Under the pieces are notes generated by a model that saw only the letters and a program-made list of their open reading frames with translations, had not been told where the DNA came from and searched no databases. The position numbers and the translations under genes are program-made. From assembly GCA_965116905.1 (NCBI GenBank), contig OZ220732.1, forward strand, positions 3,168,001 to 3,232,000: a stretch of 64,000 nt of DNA, read 5' to 3'. Source of the stretch: Longimicrobiales bacterium (GTDB lineage Bacteria; Gemmatimonadota; Gemmatimonadetes; Longimicrobiales; Gaopeijiaceae). Below are positions 39,489 through 49,340 of this stretch, piece by piece (the stretch's first letter is position 1; every line of letters begins with the position of its first letter).

Positions 39489-40517
39489 TCAGTAATTCAC
39501 AAGATAACGTGCCGCGGTCCCGATATCCTCAACCGAAGGAAGAAAGTAGTCCTCCAACTCGCCGCTGAACGGCACGGGAGAGTCGATCGCGGTGACGCGC
39601 AGGATCGGCCCGTCCAGCCATTCGAACGCACGTTCGTTCATGCGAATCGCGATCTCGCCCGCGATTCCGCCGGTGCGGGTGTCCTCGTGTACGATCAGCA
39701 GCTTCCCGGTCTTTTGCACGCTGGCCGCCATTGCCTCCTCGTCCAGTGGAAGGAGCGTCCTCAGGTCGATGACCTCGATGCGGATCCCGTCCTTCGCAAG
39801 CTCGGCCGCGGCTTCAAGACTGCGATGCACCATGAGGCCGTAGGTGACCACGGTGAGGTCGTCGCCCTCCAGCGCGGTGCGGGCGCTGCCCAGCGGAACC
39901 ACGTAGTCTTCCGGCGCGAGTACCTGGCGGCAATGGGGCGCGCGGTAGAGTCCCTTGTGCTCCTCGAAGATGACCGGATTGTCGTCCCTGATGGCAGCTT
40001 TGAGGAGCCCCTTGGCGTCGCGCGGGTTGGATGGGTACACGATCTTCAGGCCGGGCGTGTGGAAGAAGGCCATTTCCACGTTTTGCGAGTGGAACGGGCC
40101 ACCCCGGTTGCCGCCGCCCACCGGCCCGCGGACCACCAGCGGCATGGGCCCCGCTCCCCTGTACAGCGACGTGGCGATGTAGTTGGTGAGGACGTCGTAG
40201 GCCGGCGAGATGAAGTCCATAAACTGCATCTCCACGACCGGGCGCAGTCCCATGTGGGCGGCGCCGGCCGCCGCACCCGTAAAGCCGCCTTCCGAGATCG
40301 GCGTGTCGATCACCCTGTCCGGTCCGAAGTGTTCCAGGAACCCCCGGGTCACCTTGAATGCTCCCCCGTAGGCGCCGATGTCCTCCCCCATGAGGAAGAC
40401 CCGTTCGTCGCGCTCCATCTCCTCCCATAGCGCTTCGCCGATCGCCTCCAGGAGCGTGACGGGTTCACCGGCACGGGTCCGGGAGACGTGCGCCGGGACC
40501 TCAGTGGACATGGCCAT
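39489..40517 (-). CDS. 2-oxoacid dehydrogenase E1 beta subunit
   Basis: GEDIG, DTPISE, EMQFMDF, GPFHSQ, IDLRTL. Confidence 0.93.
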   Translation of the reverse strand: MAMSTEVPAHVSRTRAGEPVTLLEAIGEALWEEMERDERVFLMGEDIGAYGGAFKVTRGFLEHFGPDRVIDTPISEGGFTGAAAGAAHMGLRPVVEMQFMDFISPAYDVLTNYIATSLYRGAGPMPLVVRGPVGGGNRGGPFHSQNVEMAFFHTPGLKIVYPSNPRDAKGLLKAAIRDDNPVIFEEHKGLYRAPHCRQVLAPEDYVVPLGSARTALEGDDLTVVTYGLMVHRSLEAAAELAKDGIRIEVIDLRTLLPLDEEAMAASVQKTGKLLIVHEDTRTGGIAGEIAIRMNERAFEWLDGPILRVTAIDSPVPFSGELEDYFLPSVEDIGTAARYLVNY

Positions 40518-41451
40518 TCCCGGCTCGAGACTCCACGGGACCCGGCAGCGGCGGGTCGCGTCGTGTCCATGGCGTGGATGGCTCGTGGTCGGTGCGCACA
40601 GGCGCCAGAACATCGCGCGGATCCGCCGAGGGCTCCTTGTCCACCCGGTCCACGGCATGATCCACGCCGGCGTGGGCCGCCCGCTCGATCGCATCGAGTT
40701 CAGTCCCCGCAAGCTCCCATTGATCGGTTGCGGTCTCCAGAAACCGTTGATGAAGCGCCCACGGTTCGGAATCGGAACGCGGTCCGAGTTCCAGCAGCGT
40801 CGGACCCGCGCCGTCGACAGCGCGGCGCCTTGCGGCCGTCACCTTGCGTACGATGGTCTCAAACGAATCCTGGTCGAGCCGCTCGAAGGCGAAGCCGTAT
40901 CCGTCGGCCACTGCCCGGGTGCTCTGAACGCGCCCGGTCCCGGGGTCGTCCCGGGTGTCAAGGACGACGATCAGGGGCGCCCGCCACGCACCCGCGAGGT
41001 TCATGCCCTCGTGCCATCCGCCGGCATCCGGCGCACGGCTTCCCTCGAAGACCAGGGCCGCCCGGTTCTCGTTGCGCCGTCTGAACGCGAGCGCGGCGCC
41101 GGCAACGACCTGGGTCATGTGGCCAGCCGGCCCCCCCCAGCCGATCAGGCCGCGCGGCATGTCGGCCCAGCTCAACCCGCCTTCCCGCGCTCCGCCCGCG
41201 CTCGTACTCCTGCACGCCAGATGACGCAGGAACTCCAGCGGCGTCGCGCCGAACGCGAGCGAGGGACCCGGGGCGTGCCCACCCGGGTAGCAAAGGTCGC
41301 CCGTTGCGTCGGCGGCGCGGTACATCGCCCGCGCGATGACCGTCGAGCGCACGTCGATCGTGAACGATGCGCGGCTCCGGTCGATCTCTCCCGCGCGAGC
41401 CAATGCGCGTACCCGGTTCTCCAGAAACCGTGCCTGAAACCCGTAAAACAC
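40501..41451 (-). CDS. Degenerate 2-oxoacid dehydrogenase E1 alpha-like protein
   Basis: Lies before E1 beta with overlap; AGAALAF, WHEGMNLA..AP, ADGYG, ARRRA..G.GPTLLE remain, but the GDG..NN motif is lost; start uncertain (41451 GTG or 41622 ATG). Confidence 0.75.
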   Translation of the reverse strand: MFYGFQARFLENRVRALARAGEIDRSRASFTIDVRSTVIARAMYRAADATGDLCYPGGHAPGPSLAFGATPLEFLRHLACRSTSAGGAREGGLSWADMPRGLIGWGGPAGHMTQVVAGAALAFRRRNENRAALVFEGSRAPDAGGWHEGMNLAGAWRAPLIVVLDTRDDPGTGRVQSTRAVADGYGFAFERLDQDSFETIVRKVTAARRRAVDGAGPTLLELGPRSDSEPWALHQRFLETATDQWELAGTELDAIERAAHAGVDHAVDRVDKEPSADPRDVLAPVRTDHEPSTPWTRRDPPLPGPVESRAGNGHVH

Positions 41452-41485
41452 CAGGTCTTCGGCGACCTCCCTGCCGAAACCGGCG

Positions 41486-41923
41486 CTACGTGCCAGCGCC
41501 AGCGGGCTGCTCGCTCTCGCCCGGCGGTACCTCCGTGTCTCCCGATTCGCCTTCTGCCGGCGGTACCTGCTCTTCCCCGGCGCCTTCGTCGGGCGGCACA
41601 AGAATCGGTGTCGTACTGGCATCGGGCAGCAGCGGCTGCGGAGCCGTCGCGGGCGGTGTGGCGATCCCTTCCAGGACGGAAGTCGGTGCCGCGGACCGCG
41701 AAGAGAGGATGGCCAGAACGAGTGCGAGGACCATGAAAGCCGATCCCGCAATCCAGGTGGCGCGGGTGAGCAGCGTCGTCGCCTGGCGGCCGCCGAGGAC
41801 GTCGGTCGCCGCAGCTCCGCCTCCCATGGCCGCCAGACCGCCGCCCTTCCCGGACTGGATGAGGATCACCACTCCCAGAAAAACGCCGTCAAGAACCAGA
41901 AGGGTCAACAAGAATGTGTACAT
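41486..41923 (-). CDS. secG: Preprotein translocase subunit SecG
   Basis: ILIQSGKGGGLA, LTRAT; two TMs; follows tpiA. Confidence 0.92.
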   Translation of the reverse strand: MYTFLLTLLVLDGVFLGVVILIQSGKGGGLAAMGGGAAATDVLGGRQATTLLTRATWIAGSAFMVLALVLAILSSRSAAPTSVLEGIATPPATAPQPLLPDASTTPILVPPDEGAGEEQVPPAEGESGDTEVPPGESEQPAGAGT

Positions 41924-42070
41924 GTCACGTCCATCCGCGTTTCCACAAAAGCGCACGGCGGGCTGCGCACAGCCCACGGCGCACCGGAAGCTGCCCTTGG
42001 GGGAGGCCGGTGTCAACCCGCCGACCGGGGACCGGGGCGGTGCCGCGGCGCACTGCGGCGCAACGCGGGC

Positions 42071-42823
42071 TCAGGTCCCTTGAACGGGCTCTGCGGCAGC
42101 GGCTCCGGCCTCGGCGATCCGGGCGAAGATGTCCGGGTCAAGGCTTGCGCCGCCGACCAGCACACCGTCCACATCAGGGGCGGACATCAGCGAGAGCGCG
42201 TTCACGGGCTTGACGCTGCCCCCGTACAGAATCGGCGCCGCACCCAGCTCGCCGAGCGCCGACCGCACGATGGCATGCGCCTCGGCCGCGTCGCGCGGCG
42301 TCGCCGTTTCTCCGGTGCCGATCGCCCAAACCGGCTCGTATGCCACCATGAACCTGGGCGCAGCCGCTACGGCGGCGAGGACCGCGCCGACCTGACGGCG
42401 CAGGACCTGCTCCAGCCGCCCGGCGCGCCGTTCCCCGAGCAGTTCTCCCACGCATATCACCGGAACGAGTCCGGCCCGAACGGCGGCACCCACCTTGGCG
42501 CTCACCTCCGTGTCGCTCTCGCCGAAGATGTGACGGCGCTCCGAGTGTCCGATCAGGGCAAACCGGGCTCCCGCTTCTCGGGCCATCTCGGCCGACGTCT
42601 CGCCGGTGAAGGCCCCCGCCTTTTCCGCATGGATGTTCTGGACCCCGAATCCGGCCGGGACCCCGACTGCGTCGATCGATGCGGCGAGCGACAGATCGGG
42701 AGGAAAGAACAGAAGCTCCACTGCCCCGGAAGAGACTCGCGGCCGGAATTGCGAAAAGAACGCCGTAGCCGCAGCCGGGCCGTGATGCATCTTCCAGTTG
42801 CCCGCGATCACTTTGCCCATCAT
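42071..42823 (-). CDS. tpiA: Triosephosphate isomerase
   Basis: AGNWKM, GHSERR, AYEPVWAIGTG, YGGSV, LVGGASL. Confidence 0.96.
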   Translation of the reverse strand: MMGKVIAGNWKMHHGPAAATAFFSQFRPRVSSGAVELLFFPPDLSLAASIDAVGVPAGFGVQNIHAEKAGAFTGETSAEMAREAGARFALIGHSERRHIFGESDTEVSAKVGAAVRAGLVPVICVGELLGERRAGRLEQVLRRQVGAVLAAVAAAPRFMVAYEPVWAIGTGETATPRDAAEAHAIVRSALGELGAAPILYGGSVKPVNALSLMSAPDVDGVLVGGASLDPDIFARIAEAGAAAAEPVQGT

Positions 42824-42853
42824 GCCTCCGTTGCCTCCGTGTTCAGGTTCGTC

Positions 42854-44080
42854 TCAGGTACGTCCGATGCGTTCCGGCCGCCTTGCAAGAGCCTCGATGC
42901 CCGGCAGCGCCTTGCCGGCCAGAAGCTCCATGCAGGCGCCACCGCCCGTCGAAATGTGAGTCAGGCGCGCGGCCACGCCCGCGGCCCGCGCCGCCGCGGC
43001 CGAGTCGCCGCCTCCGACGACGACGGTGGCGCCCGCGTCGGCTGCCTCCGCGGCGACCCGCGCCACACCGAACGTCCCCGCCTCGAAACCGGCGACCTCG
43101 AAGAGCCCCATGGGGCCGTTCCACACGACGGTCGACGCCTGTGACAGCTGGTCCTCAAACATCTGGACCGTCTTCGGTCCTATGTCCACGACGATGTCGC
43201 CCGGGAGGATGCGGCCGCGGTCGGCGATGCGGGTTTGCGCCTCCGGTTCCGCCGACCGGGCCACCACACAATCGACCGGAACCAGGAGGCGGGGTCCGGC
43301 CTCGTCCAGAAGCCGCGCAGCGACGCCGGTTGCCTCCGCCTCGACCAGCGAAGCGCCCGTTTCCAGCCCCATCGCCCGGAAGAAGGTATTGGCCATCGCG
43401 CCGCCCACAAGCAGGATGTCCACCCTGGGCAACAGCGCTTCGATGACATGGATCTTGCCCGATATCTTGGCGCCGCCGAGGATCGCCACGTGGGGACGCC
43501 GAGGGTTCTCGACCACCTGGGCCAGCACCGCCAGCTCCCGTTCCACCAGCCCCCCCGCCACGGCCTGGCCACCCTTCGCCATGACGGCCCGCGGCAGTCC
43601 GTCGGTCGACGCGTGGGCCCTGTGCGCGGTCCCGAAGGCGTCCAGCACAAAATGGTCGGCCCAGCTTGCCCAATCGGAAGCCAGGGCGGGATCGTTGCTT
43701 GTCTCGCCGGGCAGGAAGCGTGTGTTTTCGACCAGGGACACCGTGCCCGGCGGCATCGACGCCACGGCGTCCTGCAGCGCCTGGCCGGCCGTGTGCCGTA
43801 CGAACCGAATGGGAGCCTCCAGGCAACCGGCCAGGCACCCCGCCACGGGTTCCAGCGAGAGTTCGGGCACGATCCTGCCCCCGGGACGCCCCAGATGGGA
43901 CAGGAGAACCACCCTGGCGCGAGCATCCACGAGTTGCGCGATGCTCGGGACGGTCCGCTCGATGCGGGCAGCATCGGCAATCCTGCCGGACGCGAGGGGA
44001 ACGTTGAAATCGGCTCTGAAAGCGACGGTGGCGCCAGCCAACGACCCACTCTGCTGCAGGTCGCGGAGCGACTTCGTCAT
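42854..44080 (-). CDS. pgk: Phosphoglycerate kinase
   Basis: DFNVP, SHLGRP, DAFGTAHRAHAS, WNGPMG, ISTGGGA. Confidence 0.96.
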   Translation of the reverse strand: MTKSLRDLQQSGSLAGATVAFRADFNVPLASGRIADAARIERTVPSIAQLVDARARVVLLSHLGRPGGRIVPELSLEPVAGCLAGCLEAPIRFVRHTAGQALQDAVASMPPGTVSLVENTRFLPGETSNDPALASDWASWADHFVLDAFGTAHRAHASTDGLPRAVMAKGGQAVAGGLVERELAVLAQVVENPRRPHVAILGGAKISGKIHVIEALLPRVDILLVGGAMANTFFRAMGLETGASLVEAEATGVAARLLDEAGPRLLVPVDCVVARSAEPEAQTRIADRGRILPGDIVVDIGPKTVQMFEDQLSQASTVVWNGPMGLFEVAGFEAGTFGVARVAAEAADAGATVVVGGGDSAAAARAAGVAARLTHISTGGGACMELLAGKALPGIEALARRPERIGRT

Positions 44081-44113
44081 CGGGGTGATCCGCTCGCCAT
44101 CGGCGGACCCGGT

Positions 44114-44905
44114 TCAGCTGGTCGGCGGCACAGGAGACTCCTGCTGCCCGGACCCGGACCCCGGCTCTTCCGCTTCAGGTCGGAAGATGATCGAGAACTC
44201 CACCCATACTCCGACCGGCTGGCCTCCCCGCGTGGCCGGTGCGAAACGGAGCCCACGGGTCGCGCTGAGCGCCGCCGCATCCAACTGCCCCACGTCGGAA
44301 GAGACCACCACCTGTGGGGACTCGGGCGAGCCCTCGGAGTCCACCCAGACAAGGACGCCGACGGTCCCACCGATGCCTGCCCGCTGCAGGAGCGGCGGGT
44401 ATTGACCCGCCACCGTGCGCCGGGCTTCGTCGGGGTCCGCGAGGCGGGGAGGTGTCGCGGGCAGCGGCAGTGCCATCTCCGGCGACTCGCCGAGTCCCCG
44501 CGTGGGCCGCGGAGGGGTCACGTTGGCGGTTCCCTCCCAACGCCCCGCCTCCACGCCGGATGACGTCGGAATCGCGCTCTCGGGACCGATCTGGGCAGGC
44601 TGCGGCCCCTCCGCGAGGGGCAAGCCCAGCAGCCGGGCCAGCGAGGCACGGACAGGGGGTACACCCAGCGACACCGTCAACAGCGCGACGACCGCCGCGG
44701 CGGGAATCAGCTGGCGCCGGCGAGGGAAGGCACGCCCGGGAAAACGTCCCTTCCGATACCGCCGCCGATGCTCGTCGACAAGCCGGACGCGAAGCTCCTC
44801 GCCGAACGAAGCCCTTTCCTCGACCTGGATCCCACGGAGTTCACGGTCCAGTCGCACAAGGTCGTCCGGCAACGAGCCGATTCCGGTTCGATGTTCGCTT
44901 GTCAT
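44114..44905 (-). CDS. Single-TM protein with TonB C-terminal domain; putative anti-sigma factor
   Basis: Starts 1 nt after the ECF stop; helical N-terminus, one TM, Pro-rich linker, YPPLLQRAGIGGTV..LDAAAL..FAPA..G.PV. Confidence 0.75.
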   Translation of the reverse strand: MTSEHRTGIGSLPDDLVRLDRELRGIQVEERASFGEELRVRLVDEHRRRYRKGRFPGRAFPRRRQLIPAAAVVALLTVSLGVPPVRASLARLLGLPLAEGPQPAQIGPESAIPTSSGVEAGRWEGTANVTPPRPTRGLGESPEMALPLPATPPRLADPDEARRTVAGQYPPLLQRAGIGGTVGVLVWVDSEGSPESPQVVVSSDVGQLDAAALSATRGLRFAPATRGGQPVGVWVEFSIIFRPEAEEPGSGSGQQESPVPPTS

Positions 44906-44906
44906 C

Positions 44907-45560
44907 CTAGCTGCCCTCGTTCGACTGTTCGGCAACGGCGGTTCTGAGTCTGTCCAGCGCCCTGTGGATGCGCACGGCGACGGCGTTAGCCGTGATCCCG
45001 AGCGACTCGGCAATCTCGCGGTTCCCCAGATCCGCGGCGTAGCGGAGCGACAGAATCTCCTGGTCCGGCTGTCTCAGCGTAGCGATCGACGTCATCAGGA
45101 GTTGCTTCCTTTCATCTTCCAGCATCCGTTCTTCCGGCGACGGAGCCCGCGACGCCAGATTGGGGACCCTGTCGATCGAGACCTGGCGGGAGCCACGTCG
45201 GCCGAGGGCCCGAAGGTGGTCTGTCACGGCGTTGCGAGCGATGCGAAAGAGCCAGGTGCGAGGCGCCGAGCGCCGGCTGTCGTAGCTGGGTAGCGACCGC
45301 AGCGCCTTGAGAAACACCTCCGACGTGATGTCCTCTGCGATCTCGCGCGTCGCGACCCGGAACCGCACGAATCTGTACACGGCTTGCCGATGGTCCCTGA
45401 ACCATGCCTCGAAATCGGGCGGCAAAGCCGGACCCGAGCCTCTCGCCTTCGTGCGGCGATACAGGGTAACGCCCGGGAGCGGCCGCGCCATGGGGGGAAC
45501 ATCCACGGAATCGGAACCCATCATGTCTCCCCATACGCTCGCGGGCCCGGGTTGTGACAT
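44907..45560 (-). CDS. ECF-type RNA polymerase sigma factor
   Basis: AEDITSEVFLKA, WLFRIARN, EIAESLGI..V.VRIHRALDRLR; start uncertain. Confidence 0.9.
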   Translation of the reverse strand: MSQPGPASVWGDMMGSDSVDVPPMARPLPGVTLYRRTKARGSGPALPPDFEAWFRDHRQAVYRFVRFRVATREIAEDITSEVFLKALRSLPSYDSRRSAPRTWLFRIARNAVTDHLRALGRRGSRQVSIDRVPNLASRAPSPEERMLEDERKQLLMTSIATLRQPDQEILSLRYAADLGNREIAESLGITANAVAVRIHRALDRLRTAVAEQSNEGS

Positions 45561-45591
45561 CCGGACCAGCAGAGCGTTGCGCCGCGCGGAC

Positions 45592-46617
45592 TCATGCGGC
45601 CACAGCGGGGAGGCGGTCGCCCACGAACCGAACGAGGTCGACCACGCGTGACGAATAGCCCCATTCGTTGTCGTACCAGACCAGAACCTTGACCATGCGA
45701 TCGCCCATCACGGCGGTGCTGGGGGCATCCACCACGGAACTCGCCGCCTCGCCGACGAAGTCCACGGACACCAGCGGCTCGTCCTCCACCCGCAGGATCC
45801 CCGCCAGCTCGCTTTCGGCCGCCGCGCGCAACGCACCGTTCACTGCGTCGGGGGACGCATCCGTCTTCAGCTCGGCAACGAGATCGACCAGCGATACATC
45901 GGGAGTGGGCACCCGAATCGCCATTCCGTCCAGCTTCCCCTCCAGTTCCGGCAGCACCAGGGAGATCGCGCGCGCCGCGCCGGTGGTGGTGGGTATCATG
46001 CTCACCGCCGCCGCGCGAGCCCGCCGCAGGTCCTTATGGGGACCGTCCAGGACGGCCTGACCGCTCGTATATGCATGAATCGTGGTCATGAGCCCGCGGA
46101 CAAAACCGAAGCGCTCCGAGAGTACCTTCGCCACGGGCGCCAGGCAGTTGGTCGTGCAGCTGGCGTTGGAGATGAGGTGGTGCGTCGCCGGATCGTAGCG
46201 ATCGTGGTTGACTCCGAGGACGATGGTGATGTCCTCGTCATTGGCCGGAGCCGATATGATGACCTTGCGGGCACCGGCCTCCAGGTGCCGGGAGGCCAAT
46301 TCACGCGTGCGGAAGATGCCCGTGGATTCGACAACCACGTCGATCCCGAGTTCGCGCCAGGGCAGCCTCGCCGGATCCCGCTCCGACAGCACCCGGATGT
46401 CGTCGCCGTCGACCACGATCCCCTCGTCGGAGAGCTCTACCGAGCCCCGATACGTTCCATGAACGGAGTCGTGCCTGAACAGGTGGGCGAGCGTCGAACT
46501 CTCTGTCAGGTCGTTGACGGCCACAAAGTCGAGATCGTTCGCTCCCGACTGCTTCGCGGCCCTGAGAACGTTCCTGCCGATACGGCCGAAGCCGTTGATG
46601 GCGACTCGGATGGACAT
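45592..46617 (-). CDS. gap: Glyceraldehyde-3-phosphate dehydrogenase, type I
   Basis: [30 protein letters not shown]. Confidence 0.97.
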   Translation of the reverse strand: MSIRVAINGFGRIGRNVLRAAKQSGANDLDFVAVNDLTESSTLAHLFRHDSVHGTYRGSVELSDEGIVVDGDDIRVLSERDPARLPWRELGIDVVVESTGIFRTRELASRHLEAGARKVIISAPANDEDITIVLGVNHDRYDPATHHLISNASCTTNCLAPVAKVLSERFGFVRGLMTTIHAYTSGQAVLDGPHKDLRRARAAAVSMIPTTTGAARAISLVLPELEGKLDGMAIRVPTPDVSLVDLVAELKTDASPDAVNGALRAAAESELAGILRVEDEPLVSVDFVGEAASSVVDAPSTAVMGDRMVKVLVWYDNEWGYSSRVVDLVRFVGDRLPAVAA

Positions 46618-46654
46618 GGGTTGGTCAGCTCCCGCGACGGATTCGTGCGCCGGT

Positions 46655-47416
46655 TCAGGTTGCTTGTTGGGAGATCGGGACGGTTCTTGCAAACGCGTAC
46701 GCGACGATGGACCTGGGGTTGCCGAGCGCGAGAACGCCTGTGGCAGCCAGGACTGTGGCCCCCGTGGTGATGACATCGTCCACCAGGAGGAGCCGTCGGC
46801 CCTCCAACCTCCCCGCCAAACGCTCCACCATCACGAACGCGCCACTGACGTTAGCCCGGCGCTGCATCGGATTCAAGGCGGTCTGCGTACCCGCCTGGCG
46901 CTGTCGGCGGAGGCAATCCAGCAGAGGAATGTCCAGCGCCGCCGACAGGGCGGAGGCGATGACCGCAGACTGATTGTACCCGCGCCGCCGGATGTTGCGG
47001 GCCGATGTCGGCACGGGCACGATCATATCCGCTCGTCTCGCGGCCTCGCCGGCCCTTCCCGCCATCTCGGTTCCCATGAATCGGCCCACGTCACGCCAAC
47101 CCTGATACTTCAGGGCGTGGACCAGTTCACGCGCCGGAGACTCCAGCAGACACGCGGCGTCGGCCAACTGCAGCCGGTCGGGCCACTCGTTGCAATCCAT
47201 ACAGGATGGCGCCTCGCCCGTACCCAGTGGTGCGCCGCAACGGGAGCAGGCCGGAAGCGGCACCTGCGGCAGACCCAGGCGACAGTTCCCGCAAACGGGC
47301 CCCAGACCGGCCCGGACTTCGGCCGCTGCCGACCCTCCGCATCCAGCGCACGCCGGGGGCAGCAGGTAGTCGGCCACTCCCGTCAGAATCGTCGTCGCCC
47401 GCCTCATTCCCCTCAT
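46655..47416 (-). CDS. ComF family protein (zinc ribbon + phosphoribosyltransferase)
   Basis: Four CxxC pairs, [18 protein letters not shown]. Confidence 0.9.
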   Translation of the reverse strand: MRGMRRATTILTGVADYLLPPACAGCGGSAAAEVRAGLGPVCGNCRLGLPQVPLPACSRCGAPLGTGEAPSCMDCNEWPDRLQLADAACLLESPARELVHALKYQGWRDVGRFMGTEMAGRAGEAARRADMIVPVPTSARNIRRRGYNQSAVIASALSAALDIPLLDCLRRQRQAGTQTALNPMQRRANVSGAFVMVERLAGRLEGRRLLLVDDVITTGATVLAATGVLALGNPRSIVAYAFARTVPISQQAT

Positions 47417-48261
47417 TGCGGCCCCCGGCCCCGGCACGCGGCTTCCAACGCACGCGCCATGACGCCCCTGGGCGGCGCTTCGCCGAACCACCGCGCATGG
47501 GATGCTTCCGCCTGCAGCACCAGCATGCCGCGCCCGTCCACGGCCGCGATTCCCAGGGTGTCCGCCTGACGGCAGAGCGGTGTCGGGTTCGTGCCGTATA
47601 CCAGGTCCATGACCACGTGCGGCGGCGTGGCCAGGGCTTCCAGATCGATCGGCCGGTGCCGTCCGCGAATCCCCACGGACGTCGTGTTGACCACCACTGC
47701 GGGGGCCGTGGCGCGCCAGTCGGACACCGGGCGCAACCTCTCGTCCCCCAACTCGCGCACAAGCCTCCGCGCCCGGCCTGCCGTGCGGTTCCAGACGAGA
47801 ATGAGCGAGGTCGTCGAGGCATGCAGCAGGCCATGTAGGACCGCGCGGGCGGCCCCGCCCGCACCCATCACGAGCACGGGTGACGCGTCGGCCGGAGACG
47901 AAACCGCGGCCCGCCACATCCCCGTGAACCCTTCCACGTCCGTGTTGTCCCCCCACACCTCGCCGTCCCGCGCCCAGAACGTATTGCACGCACCGGTCGC
48001 GGCGACGGCGCGGGTGCAGCGGTCCAGAAAGGGGATCACGCGCTCCTTGTGGGGCACCGTCACGTTGCCGCCCCCACCGCCCATGGCCAGGGCCCGCATG
48101 ACCTCTCCACATTCGTCCGGCGACACCCGGCGGGCCACGTATCGCGCGCGCCGACCCGCCGCGCGGAACGCCGCGTTGTGGATTGCCGGGGAAAGGCTGT
48201 GCGCGACGGGATCCCCAAGGATCGCGTAGAGCGCGTGACGCTCCCGGGCCCCGCCCGTCAC
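47413..48261 (-). CDS. aroE: Shikimate dehydrogenase
   Basis: HSLSPAIHN, NVTVPHK, NTD, GAGGAAR, MLVLQA. Confidence 0.93.
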   Translation of the reverse strand: MTGGARERHALYAILGDPVAHSLSPAIHNAAFRAAGRRARYVARRVSPDECGEVMRALAMGGGGGNVTVPHKERVIPFLDRCTRAVAATGACNTFWARDGEVWGDNTDVEGFTGMWRAAVSSPADASPVLVMGAGGAARAVLHGLLHASTTSLILVWNRTAGRARRLVRELGDERLRPVSDWRATAPAVVVNTTSVGIRGRHRPIDLEALATPPHVVMDLVYGTNPTPLCRQADTLGIAAVDGRGMLVLQAEASHARWFGEAPPRGVMARALEAACRGRGPQ

Positions 48262-49340
48262 TCTCCGCGCTCCGCTCCCGGCGTCAATGCCGCCAGCGCC
48301 GCCTCCACCAGGTATTCCAGTTCGGCAAAGGTCGCCCGGTAGTGGTCATCGGTTCCGCCGAACGGATCCTGCACGGCCCCCTCCCGGCCGGCCATCTCGG
48401 AGAGAAGGCGACATTCGTCGGCACCGCCGAACTCCCGGGCACGCAGCAGGTGGTGCGTGTCCATGCACAGCACCGCGTCAGACCGCGCCACCACCTCCGG
48501 GGTCAGGACCGCGCTACGGTGCCGATCCAGATCCAGACCCGCATCCTTCACTACCGTGCGGGCACCCTCGCTGGCTGGCCCGCCCGGCAATGCCGCCGTG
48601 CCCGCGGATTCCACGGTCACCCGCGACAACCCCCGTCCGGCAATCCATCTGCGCGCGATGACTTCCGCCATCGGTGAGCGGCAGGTGTTTCCCGTGCACA
48701 CGAAGGTCACATGGAGCCCGCGAGGCGCAACGGCGCGTCCTGGCGACCGGGCCATCCGCACGGCCTCACCCAGCCGCGCGGGGTCCACCGAACCCTGTCG
48801 GATCACCACGGGCCGGTCCCCGGCCAGGCGCAGGAGGGTGGAGGGCGCACCGCCCGGGAGAGGTCCTGCCTCCACCGCGAACAGCTCCACCCCCATCGCG
48901 AGGCCCGCATCGCGCGCGGCGGCCACGGTCCGCGCCGGGGCACCGCCGGGCGGGTTTGCCGAGGTGGAGGTGATCGGCCGCCCGGCCGCCATGAGGAGTT
49001 CCAGCGTGACCGGGTGCCCCGGGACGCGCACGGCCACGGAGCCATCAGCCGCTTTCACGGCCGGCGGAAAACGGTCTTCCGGGTCCTCCAGCACGAGAGT
49101 GAGGGGGCCGGGCCAGAACGCCCGCGCAAGCAGCCGGCCGGTTGTGCCCAGCAGCTCGCGCACGAATCCCGCTGACGGGATCAACACGACGAAGCCTCCG
49201 CCCGCACGACACTTGATCCGCCCGAGGCGCCCCAGGGGAGCATCGTCCAGGAACCCACCGATGCCGTAGACCGACTCGGTCGGGTGAATCACGAGTTCGC
49301 CCCGTGTCAGGTGAACGAGCGCTTCCTCAAGCGTATTCAC
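48258..49340 (-). CDS. Fusion of threonylcarbamoyl-AMP synthase (TsaC/Sua5) and low-molecular-weight phosphatase
   Basis: PTESVYG, FWPGPLT, TSAN, then VCTGNTCRSPMAE and DPFG in one open frame. Confidence 0.85.
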   Translation of the reverse strand: MNTLEEALVHLTRGELVIHPTESVYGIGGFLDDAPLGRLGRIKCRAGGGFVVLIPSAGFVRELLGTTGRLLARAFWPGPLTLVLEDPEDRFPPAVKAADGSVAVRVPGHPVTLELLMAAGRPITSTSANPPGGAPARTVAAARDAGLAMGVELFAVEAGPLPGGAPSTLLRLAGDRPVVIRQGSVDPARLGEAVRMARSPGRAVAPRGLHVTFVCTGNTCRSPMAEVIARRWIAGRGLSRVTVESAGTAALPGGPASEGARTVVKDAGLDLDRHRSAVLTPEVVARSDAVLCMDTHHLLRAREFGGADECRLLSEMAGREGAVQDPFGGTDDHYRATFAELEYLVEAALAALTPGAERGE

